A stretch of 60,856 nucleotides of DNA, filler included, from Globobulimina sp. (taxonomy: Eukaryota), in assembly GCA_003354225.1 (NCBI GenBank). It is 18 parts of 18 records of this genome, joined end to end, with 100 filler letters (N's around TTAATTAATTAA, not from the genome) between each part and the next. Parts side by side here need not be neighbours in the genome. Positions count along the whole stretch, not along the records: positions 33,875 to 37,160 come from PIVH01003190.1; positions 37,261 to 40,546 come from PIVH01003191.1; positions 40,647 to 43,932 come from PIVH01003192.1; 15 more parts are not named here. The stretch is one strand, 5' to 3'. Position numbers and translations under genes: made by a program. Under the pieces are notes generated by a model. It saw nothing but the letters and a program-made list of their open reading frames with translations. It was not told where the DNA came from and made no database searches. Positions 34,617 through 44,032 of the stretch are shown here, piece after piece (position 1 is the first letter of the stretch; the number at the start of each line of letters is the position of its first letter).

Positions 34617-35081
34617 AAGATACTGTATCTGTATTGCTAAAAATAAAATAATCTGTGTTCATAATTCCGATAATTCCAACATATCAGCTGTACAGTATCT
34701 ATTTTGCAAATGTACAAATATGAGTTTTAATAGACAACACATCATCAAATATTGCAGCGCCACACTTATATTGATCCCATGAGCCAACCAAACTTTAGCA
34801 TTTAAATAATTATCTGTTTTACAAATTGTGTTAGAGCTTTGTTGCACCCTTTTTAGATTGTTGAGGAGTATTGCGTTATTCATATTTCATAACCTCCAAT
34901 CATTGCGACATCTTTTCCTGAAGATCATCACTGCAGTCACAACTATTGAGCTAATTTTCATTGTGGTGATGATTGGTGATCGGACTGTTACTGCGGAAAG
35001 CGACACGTTTTTCTGTCCACATTTCTATGCATAATTATTGATGGGGTTTTCTAACCAGTGACTAAGACTAAGAGTTGCAAG

Positions 35082-36794
35082 ATGAGCGGAACAGTCTCGT
35101 CAGTGTTTTATTTTATGTTTACAATATTAATCGGTTTCTTCGCTATCCCATTAGCCATGTATTCCATTGTTCAATTTTACAAATTCAAAGATGACAGAAG
35201 ATTTAGGAAAAGGCACGGTCGATTATCAACGTTTACTGCTTTATGTTTTGTCGCTGAATTATTCTCCGGTTGTTTATTAACTTTAGCATTTTCAGGATTT
35301 ATGCCAATAAAAATCACCATTGGCTTGGCCTGGATTGGAGATATACTCAATTTTACATCTTATTTCCTTATAATTCACTGTTTAGTTTTGCGATTTTGGA
35401 GTTTATACTATGACATTCGATACCAACTATCGACAAATGACAATTCATGGAAATCATTGATCGACGAACATTTCGTGATAAATGAAGAGCATTTATCGCA
35501 AGTAAAAAGTTTTGATATTGAAGACGATTTATGGTTTATTAAAAATAAAAAAACCAAAGGAAGCAGCAGGTGGATGATCAGGACATGGTTCATACGCTCC
35601 TTCCTCACCATTTTAGTGCTACTATTTGTAATGGTGATCATTGAGATGATTTTTAGCGTTGGTTTACGTCGTGGCGTCATTGAGGTAATATTCACTTTGT
35701 TGTTTTTCATCCCCTGGTTTTTCATGATTTTCATCTATCACAAAATACCGCAATTCCATGACACATATTTTATTCGGCGTGAGATTGTCGTGATCCATAA
35801 TATAGACTTAGTGGACGTGTTGGCCTCTGCCATCGTGTCAATTGTGGCCAATTACGGCATTTATACCGCATCCAATTCATCCTCCAATCCATATAAAATT
35901 ATCTTAGAAAATCCTTATTTGAATATATTAATGATTGTGACCTTTTATGTGATGGGCATCAGCCATATGATTATTATCTACATCATGACCTATTGGGTAC
36001 GCAATAAAATAATCGAAGATGAGCTACATATTACACGCTTAAAAGATGTCACCTCGGCACACGATCATTATCTATCATTGGGAGAGATATTGCAACACCA
36101 ATCGGGGTACGGCTATGAGCTATTTATGCAACATCTAAAATATGAATTTAGCATTGAGAATCTATTAAGTTTGACAGGTACGAACTGCGATGCATGTTAA
36201 CGTTCTTTTTGTTGCTTGTAATATCTGATTATTCTGATATATTATACAGAGTTTATGCAATGGAAGTGTATGATAAAGAAAACACATAATATTGAGCAAG
36301 CATTGCAGATAGAATTAGCTATGGATCATATACCGAGATCAACCATTGTATATGAGCATACTCATAGGAGTGGCCATGGGAATGAGGCTGCGAATGTGGC
36401 TATGAATGGGAAAGGAATGATGAATAGAATGAGCAGGTTGCATAGTAGTGAAGTCCAAGAAGAGCAACATCAGCATGTTGTAGGTGATCAGGATCAGGAT
36501 GAAGAATATAGAAAAATTATTTATAAATTATATCGAAAGTATATTCGGATTGGAGGGGATTTGGAAGTAAATATTTCATGGCAAGCAAGAAATACGTTCA
36601 TTGGATATATTGATGAAAGTAAGAAAACAGTGCATAGCAATATTTCGTTGCAATTTAATGAATATTTTGCAATCTTTGATGACTGCATTGCCGAAGTTTT
36701 ACGTTTAATGAAGAATGATTCGTACGCGCGGTTCACTCACACTCAAGCATATCAGCAATTGGTGCATGCGATCGAAGATAATAATACATTATAA
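35082..36794 (+). CDS. 7TM-RGS (membrane-anchored regulator of G-protein signalling), ~546 aa. Exons 35082-36177 and 36250-36794
   Basis: About 7 hydrophobic segments, then RGS motifs 'LGEILQ..GYELFMQHLKYEFSIENLL', 'LYRKYI..GGDLEVNIS', 'IFDDCIAEVLRLMKNDSYARF'. Intron 36178-36249 is in frame. Confidence 0.92.
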
Positions 36795-37260
36795 ACTTTT
36801 TTATTGTGTTGGTTAATAATTTTAGGATGTTTTAGTTGAAGGGTACAGTGGTACACTTTCAGATAACTTTGTCAGATGCGGTTCAGTTGCAAAGGCTGCA
36901 GCGTTTTCAAATTAATTCCGGTTTGAAAATGGATTTTCTTACTTTTCTGATTATTTTTCCGATTATTTTTCCGACCAGAGCTTTAAAAGATTTTTGGAAG
37001 GAAAATAGGTTAATAATAAAATGTTAAAGGTAACATTTAACTTTTTGCTTTTCAGTTTGAAATTACTGTTTTTACTGTAAACTCTTTGAAGGGCGACTAC
37101 ATGAGAGTGATTTGCACAGAACTGGCTGCAAGTCGTCAAATTATTTAGGTTAAATTCCTTNNNNNNNNNNNNNNNNNNNNNNNNNNNNNNNNNNNNNNNN
37201 NNNNTTAATTAATTAANNNNNNNNNNNNNNNNNNNNNNNNNNNNNNNNNNNNNNNNNNNN

Positions 37261-38075
37261 GAATGGTGAAAGTCGTGAAATAAAGTACTATCTGCGTTTG
37301 TTAATCCAATTGAATGCAACCATGTGTTATGAAATGCATATCCAGAATGTATTTCATATGCTTCTTGTACTCGCCAAGCAAGCCATACTGCAAACTGTAA
37401 TGGATGCGCAGCTGTAATGAATCCACCAATGAATGTTGGTACAATGCCGACCAATATGTTTTCAATTGGATGAAAATGTTCTGCAGCAACTGATACGGCA
37501 CCCGTATATTCGTGATGTTGTTTATGGAAACGTCCATAAAACAATGGGTGGTGTAATAAGCGATGAACAAAATAAAATAACCATGAATTACAGAGTCGAC
37601 AGAACACAAATTTTGAATAAATTAACAAAATATAATACAATTTGTGATTGGATATAGATGTTTCATCATATATCATTGAAGGATTTTGTTTTTGCCATAA
37701 CGGAATTAATACATAATATGCACCAAAAGGAGCTGCAATGAGCTGTCCAATAATTGTGGCTTTGACGGTTTCCCAAATCAGAGCTTTGCTGGGAATCTGA
37801 TGTTTTGTACGAGGCAGTTTATATTGTTGCAAATAACCATATTCATCACAGATGAAAAAGAAAGTGTTTACTGTACAGTACACAACAAAATGAACAGTGA
37901 TTAATAATAATACAGTAAATATCCGATCGGTCATATACTGGGAACATGATCTGTACACTGCATTGTATAGCGGTTGCAATAAGAAAAATAATGCAGTTGC
38001 TATTGCTGGCCCACGAATTAAACGCAGGATGTACCCAACAGAGACATCCAACAAACTGTCTGTGCTCAACCCCAT
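37261..38075 (-). CDS. Sterol desaturase/fatty-acid hydroxylase family, C4-methylsterol oxidase (ERG25)-like; 3'-partial
   Basis: His boxes HRLLH, HKQHH, HDFHH; 'AAEHFHPIE', 'HSGY'. Confidence 0.88.
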
Positions 38076-38159
38076 GACTGGTAGGCTTTAAGTCTTTTAG
38101 AATATTTGAGATAGAAAGAAAGTGTTTTTGGTTGTTTGAAAGTACCGATTACTATAATT

Positions 38160-38214
38160 GCTGACCAGATTTAGCGGATTATGAATACAGCTGACCAGAT
38201 GTGCGGATTATGAA
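38160..38214. repeat. ~26-bp direct repeat
   Basis: gctgaccagat..gcggattatgaa occurs twice. Confidence 0.8.
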
Positions 38215-38231
38215 AAAAAAACATGCAGGAT

Positions 38232-39854
38232 TTATAAATCTTTCTTTTCATTGTCATGATCATATTGATTTGGTAACGGCACAGTAAATGTTGTATGAAA
38301 CAAATCAATTGGATCATATTTTAATTTGATTTCCTTTAAGCGCAGATATGCAGTCTTGTTTTGATAATAATACTGCGAAACCTTATCAATATCCACATCA
38401 CCAAATGTTTTTGACATATGTCGAAAATCATGCGCGCCATAATGATATGGTGAGGTTAGCATCAATATTTCCATTGTATCGTCAATCCATTTCCTGCTCA
38501 TTCTTTTCGATTCTTTCTCAACATTCACGTCATAAAACATTGTGATTGGGAGTCCAATCAGTTGCTTCCTGTACGAATATGATGTCTTCCTCATCAAAGG
38601 ATCATTTTTATAAATCGCACATGATGCTCCACCAAAAGATTCAAACAAAAACATTAAAGCCATTCCAGATTCCAAATACAAGCCATATTTTTGCATCACG
38701 AGTTCAGTTCTATCAACTAATAAATCGACAAATTCATCATCAAAATTCTTCAGCGTCAAATATGAAGTTTGCATATATGGCAGCGGTGCCATTGAACCAT
38801 AATCTTGTGATAATTGCATCAATAATGACGAGATTCCATTATGTATTTCCTTTTTGATCTGCGGTTCAATGGATACTTGTTTTGCTGCGGTCAAAAATAA
38901 CGAAGACAAAAAATATTTATCTTCATCATTTGCGCTGTGTCCACCAGTCCAAATCCATGATATTTTGATCACATATTGGTTGAGCTGGAAATCATACATA
39001 AAATATAAGAAAAAAGAAGCAACATTGTCATTATGGATATATTTTAATTGTTCATTTTCATGCATTTTAATATATAAATCGCCAAATGCAAACATTAATT
39101 CTTTGCTGAATTTAAATATATAAATAAAGGCTACACTGTCAACGTAATCATTGTTGTGTGTATTATGTAAATCTAATTCATATTTGGTTACAATGCCAAA
39201 GGAACCCGGTCCGCCACCTAACACTGCCCAGTATAGGTCGGAATCGACAGTGATATTTGTTAATTTTGTCGCATTACTTAAAATAATATCAAATGAAATC
39301 ACATAATCTGCCAATAAGCCATGTGTTTTGCTTAAATGTCCGTCGCCGCCCGTTACTATATGCCCACCAATAGCAATATTTGTGTGTGACCCGCCTGGCA
39401 GAAAATAATTATATTTGTCTAAATATGCATTGAATGCGCCCAATTTCACAGCTGGCTCCACCCGCAAAGTCTTATTATCTGTGCATATATTCATTTTATT
39501 ATAATATTTCATATCTATTTGCATACATTTATGTATATTTGAGTTGCACGAAGACAGTGCGTCATATTGGTTTCCACCACTTCGGATTACGACGTTATAT
39601 GAACATACATCGCTAAATGTGAGTGCTGTGAATATCTCTGCATCAGATCTCGGGTATAAAATAATGGATGGATGCATTCTATCTGAACCATGCGATGGAT
39701 ACGCCCATTGCTTACAGGCTTCAATATATTTATCACCGTCTGTTTCTACATATAATTCAATATCTGAGAGATCAGCCATGTTTAAACATACATCTTCATC
39801 ACACGTTAGCAATTTGACAGTGATTGAAAATACTATCCATAGAACTGGTGACAT
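38232..39854 (-). CDS. Secretory FAD-linked oxidase (berberine-bridge/VAO family)
   Basis: Signal peptide; 'IRSGGN', 'AIGGHIVTGGDG..SK.HGL..D', 'DLYWAVLGGGPGSFGIVT'; BBE C-terminus 'YLRLKEIKLKYDPIDLF'; ends KKDL. Confidence 0.92.
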   Translation of the reverse strand: MSPVLWIVFSITVKLLTCDEDVCLNMADLSDIELYVETDGDKYIEACKQWAYPSHGSDRMHPSIILYPRSDAEIFTALTFSDVCSYNVVIRSGGNQYDALSSCNSNIHKCMQIDMKYYNKMNICTDNKTLRVEPAVKLGAFNAYLDKYNYFLPGGSHTNIAIGGHIVTGGDGHLSKTHGLLADYVISFDIILSNATKLTNITVDSDLYWAVLGGGPGSFGIVTKYELDLHNTHNNDYVDSVAFIYIFKFSKELMFAFGDLYIKMHENEQLKYIHNDNVASFFLYFMYDFQLNQYVIKISWIWTGGHSANDEDKYFLSSLFLTAAKQVSIEPQIKKEIHNGISSLLMQLSQDYGSMAPLPYMQTSYLTLKNFDDEFVDLLVDRTELVMQKYGLYLESGMALMFLFESFGGASCAIYKNDPLMRKTSYSYRKQLIGLPITMFYDVNVEKESKRMSRKWIDDTMEILMLTSPYHYGAHDFRHMSKTFGDVDIDKVSQYYYQNKTAYLRLKEIKLKYDPIDLFHTTFTVPLPNQYDHDNEKKDL

Positions 39855-39989
39855 TGTAAAGTATTATTTTCTTTACTTTACTTTGTAAATTTATCCTTGC
39901 ACATAACGTGTTGATACCGACCGGAAAGTTTGATAAAGTAGAAACTAACAATTGTGTTATGAAAGGAGAATATTTAAGTGATTTTAAGT

Positions 39990-40546
39990 CTATTCACCAC
40001 CATTATTGAGATGCGTATCTTCAGATTTTGCACCGCCGATTGATATGGCATGCACCGGAACGATATTATTCCCTCCACCTACATCGTCATCATGTTCCTC
40101 ACTGTCATCATCCTCACTGTATTCATCTACATTTGCATCCAACGCATCATCAGATTCCTCAGAATCCTGCGCAACTTGATTCCGTCCACCATATTTAAAA
40201 AATTTACCTTTTTTCTCTTTCTTTTCTTTATTTTTACCAAATTTCGTTGAAAATACAGTTGATTTCTTAATTTCACTCATTTGCATTACAGATTTGGGTC
40301 TCTTTCTATTTGGTGTATCGTCTTCATAATATTCATCATCCTCATCCTCATCATCAAAGATAGGATCTTCCGCTGTATTTTTAACATATCGCGCATGAAT
40401 AAATTGTCTGCTAAAATCAAAACAACGATCATAATATGGATTGACTGGATGCGTTACAAGCACCACAATAAAAAATGATAACATTTTCATACACCACGAG
40501 ACCACATCGCACGCAAAATCTGTACGACTCATAGCAAAGGTCTCCG
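39990..40546 (-). CDS. Membrane protein C-terminus with acidic tail, 5'-partial
   Basis: Open from the contig end; one hydrophobic helix followed by a D/E-rich tail. Confidence 0.6.
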
Positions 40547-40883
40547 NNNNNNNNNNNNNNNNNNNNNNNNNNNNNNNNNNNNNNNNNNNNTTAATTAATT
40601 AANNNNNNNNNNNNNNNNNNNNNNNNNNNNNNNNNNNNNNNNNNNNTTGGTTAAAAAGGATTTGGTTTCAGAATATCCTTGCACTGCTGGAAGATGGTGG
40701 TTCCATTATCACCATTCTAAAAAAACTGAAACGAAATCCTTTCGAACCATTCTACAGGGAAAGTAGTTGGACATTCTCAATTTAAGAAAACAAGTTGGCT
40801 ATATTTACCTTAATTTAGCAGTTTTTAAACTCCTAAAAAAACATCTTACTTTACAGGCATTACAGCCTTTCACAAACATAATA

Positions 40884-41981
40884 ATGATGCCATTCAACAC
40901 ATCATTTATCGGGAAATATCGTGGTAAATCGTTAAAATACTTATCAAAACGTATGATGAATACGGGGCGTGATGTATGTGCAAATCACAGTGATTCAGAT
41001 AGTACCACTAACTCATATATGTTAAATGGAGAAGACAATGGTTCATTTTCAGATTGCAAAATAATATCAAGTCCCTCATACTCAATGGACACAAACTATT
41101 CTACGTCGACGTCTACAACACCGGATAATATTAATTCAGATTCGGAAATAATAATAAATGGAGTTTCAGAAATATTAGGAGCAGATACATTTACTGATGA
41201 CTATATTGCGAATTTATTTGAAGAAGAAAAGGCAAATAATTCATTGATGTGGTTTAATAATCAGATAAAAATACCACGTTCTCGCAAAGCAGCAATTGAC
41301 TGGGCTCGAAATACAGCGATTTCATTTAAGTTAAGGAATACATCATTATTTAAAGCAATATATTATTTTGATAAATTATCGTCTGTAAAACATTTAAATC
41401 CGTCACATTTAACAATGATTGCCGCAGTTTGTTTATTTATTTCATGTAAATTTAATGAGAGAGAGTATGATATTCCAAGTTTACATAAAATATCAAGAGA
41501 ATGTGGTCATAAATATCAAATTGAAGTATTTCCAGCATCGGAAATTAAAATATTAACTGCCTTAGATTTTCGATTAAAAATTGTTTTGCCGATTGATTTT
41601 ATTCAGTATTATATTTATCAAAAATGTGTAATATTTGATGATGATACAATTGATAAATGTGCTGCGTCCAATTTACATTTGAAGAAAGAAATAAAACACG
41701 ATCTCGAAAAATTTTGTGTTTTTTTCCTTCATATTTGTTCGCAAAGTTATTCTTTTTGGAATTATCAGTCATCGGTGTTGGCATTTGCTGTGATTTGTGC
41801 CTCTCGGAGAGCTATGCGAATTAAACCATATTTCAATAAAAAATTACTCAATTTATGTCAATATGAAGCGGAACATATTGAAGATTGTTTCAATAAATTA
41901 TGGATCAAATATCTTGCTAAATTCCCCAAAAATGCAAAAATCGTTGAAAAATTACAACCAAAATCCATTTCAGCTTTTTAG
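40884..41981 (+). CDS. Cyclin (N- and C-terminal cyclin boxes)
   Basis: 'RKAAIDW...FKLRNTSLFKAIYYFDK', 'AAVCLFISCKFNE', 'EIKILTALDFRL..P.DF', 'YQSSVLAFAVI'. Confidence 0.93.
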   Translation: MMPFNTSFIGKYRGKSLKYLSKRMMNTGRDVCANHSDSDSTTNSYMLNGEDNGSFSDCKIISSPSYSMDTNYSTSTSTTPDNINSDSEIIINGVSEILGADTFTDDYIANLFEEEKANNSLMWFNNQIKIPRSRKAAIDWARNTAISFKLRNTSLFKAIYYFDKLSSVKHLNPSHLTMIAAVCLFISCKFNEREYDIPSLHKISRECGHKYQIEVFPASEIKILTALDFRLKIVLPIDFIQYYIYQKCVIFDDDTIDKCAASNLHLKKEIKHDLEKFCVFFLHICSQSYSFWNYQSSVLAFAVICASRRAMRIKPYFNKKLLNLCQYEAEHIEDCFNKLWIKYLAKFPKNAKIVEKLQPKSISAF

Positions 41982-42226
41982 TATTATCCTCCCTTATTAT
42001 GATTATTTAAATCAATCATTTTTGTAATTGCTTGGGGCTTTTTGCATTTTTATTAATCCACAGAAAAAAAAATCTTATTTTATTTGTTTAATTAACTTAA
42101 TATGCATGACATCTTCAATTTTATTTATTTACATTAATTTTTTTTTGTTTTTTTTGTTTTTTATTTTTTATTTAAAGCCCATTCAGTATTGATTTGTTCT
42201 CGTGAATGAATTTAAGCGTCCGATTG

Positions 42227-43930
42227 TTATTCGAGTCTAAGGTTTGTGTACTGTTTATAATGCAATGTAAGACGTGTAAAAGCCTGCCATTCTGCACATT
42301 TCAAAGTGTAAGAATAATATGGTTCGGGTGCTGTGTAATCGCCACTCAATTTGTCATGAACAGGAAACATTGACCAACACGTCCGACACATTGACCTTTG
42401 CGAAATCCATTTTTGTTTTGTATTACGTTTTACCAATGTTCTCCAATCCAAATTATATAATGATACTGTTTTAATATTTGCATTTAACCATTTTTTATAA
42501 TTATCAATCTCATCCATTTGTGTTTTATAATCCTCATCAAGTAATATTTTATTCCTATTTTGGAAATTTTCAAATTGAGTATGTAATGGATATGGCAAAT
42601 GTTTTATTATTTTGTCATATTGATATGATCTTAGTTTTGGTATTGTTGATACAGAAAATCCAATAAACGTATTATTATTTATATCATCCTCAATGATACA
42701 AAGATAAATTGGTAATAAAAAGCTTGAAATTGGAACATTGGACCGAATCCATTCTAAAATATCAAATATATCATTGCTTTCATTTTTGTTTAATAAATGT
42801 TGAAATAAATAACAAAAGGGACTCCAAACAGTATCTATATCTGTGATATAATTATGATTTTGGCCGAGTTGGTTTAACATTTCAAAACAAGCATTTCGTA
42901 GCAATTTATCATCGAATGTAAGCATCCAATCCAATGTTCTTTTAATTGAAACAATATCGCCAATAATTGAATTATTTGAATCATTTGTTTTAACATTTTT
43001 TACATCTTTATATTTGATAAATTTTCTTTGTAATTTTGTTGGAATATTTTCAAAACAATTCCATTTTTTTGTAGCTTTTTTAATGATAGCATCAATATTT
43101 GCGAATTGCTCAAAATATAAAAAACAATCAATCAATAAAATTAATAAATTTTCATCAAAATGTTTAAATGAAATATATTTACTATTTATTGTCCATTTAT
43201 ACATTGTGTTAAATATTGTTTTTATTTCTTTTTCTTTATTATTTATGTTTGAGTACAACGCATCGAATGATGTTCTTATCGCTGACAGCATTTTTGTATT
43301 TGGATTTGAATTTAGTTCCATCATTTTATTTAAAATTATAATCAAAGAATCTGCATTTTTATTTTTTACTTTATTTATCAATGTAATAAATGTCAATTCA
43401 TTTGGTTTCAAATTAATATTCGTATTTAAGTCATGAAACAGTTTCAATATTTCATCGATTTTATTCATTTTTGAAAATAATATATTAAATGTAACAATGT
43501 TTGGTTGTAAATTCCAATCTTTTTCCATTGAATATAATATATTTTGAGGATTAATATCAAAATAATCCAATGTTTCTGTATTTGTTTCAAACTGAAGCAG
43601 TGTGTGAAATATTTCATGATTTGGTTTTAGTTCATTTATTTCATTCAATTTAAAAAAATAATCAAACACATTTTTCATTGATTTATTATCTTCAAAATAT
43701 CCAAATAAATATATTAATGCATGAATGTGGCGTATCGAAATATTTTCACTTTTACTTTTATTTGATAAAAATTGCCAAATATTTTGAATATTTTTCAAAG
43801 TTACAATTTTATGATTAATATGTTTCCTGTTTGCACATAACAGCATGTATGAAGACAGTAAAACTAATATCTCATCATATTTAATCTCAATATGTTTACA
43901 TTTCATATCGTTAATTAACGCATTAATACT
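42227..43930 (-). CDS. P-type PPR-containing protein with a unique C-terminal region; 5'-partial
   Basis: 'LKPNHEIFHTLL', 'LQPNIVTFNILF', 'LKPNELTFITLI', 'NPNTKMLSAI' recur at roughly 35-aa spacing. Confidence 0.75.
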   Translation of the reverse strand, partial: SINALINDMKCKHIEIKYDEILVLLSSYMLLCANRKHINHKIVTLKNIQNIWQFLSNKSKSENISIRHIHALIYLFGYFEDNKSMKNVFDYFFKLNEINELKPNHEIFHTLLQFETNTETLDYFDINPQNILYSMEKDWNLQPNIVTFNILFSKMNKIDEILKLFHDLNTNINLKPNELTFITLINKVKNKNADSLIIILNKMMELNSNPNTKMLSAIRTSFDALYSNINNKEKEIKTIFNTMYKWTINSKYISFKHFDENLLILLIDCFLYFEQFANIDAIIKKATKKWNCFENIPTKLQRKFIKYKDVKNVKTNDSNNSIIGDIVSIKRTLDWMLTFDDKLLRNACFEMLNQLGQNHNYITDIDTVWSPFCYLFQHLLNKNESNDIFDILEWIRSNVPISSFLLPIYLCIIEDDINNNTFIGFSVSTIPKLRSYQYDKIIKHLPYPLHTQFENFQNRNKILLDEDYKTQMDEIDNYKKWLNANIKTVSLYNLDWRTLVKRNTKQKWISQRSMCRTCWSMFPVHDKLSGDYTAPEPYYSYTLKCAEWQAFTRLTLHYKQYTNLRLE

Positions 43931-44032
43931 TTNNNNNNNNNNNNNNNNNNNNNNNNNNNNNNNNNNNNNNNNNNNNTTAATTAATTAANNNNNNNNNNNN
44001 NNNNNNNNNNNNNNNNNNNNNNNNNNNNNNNN

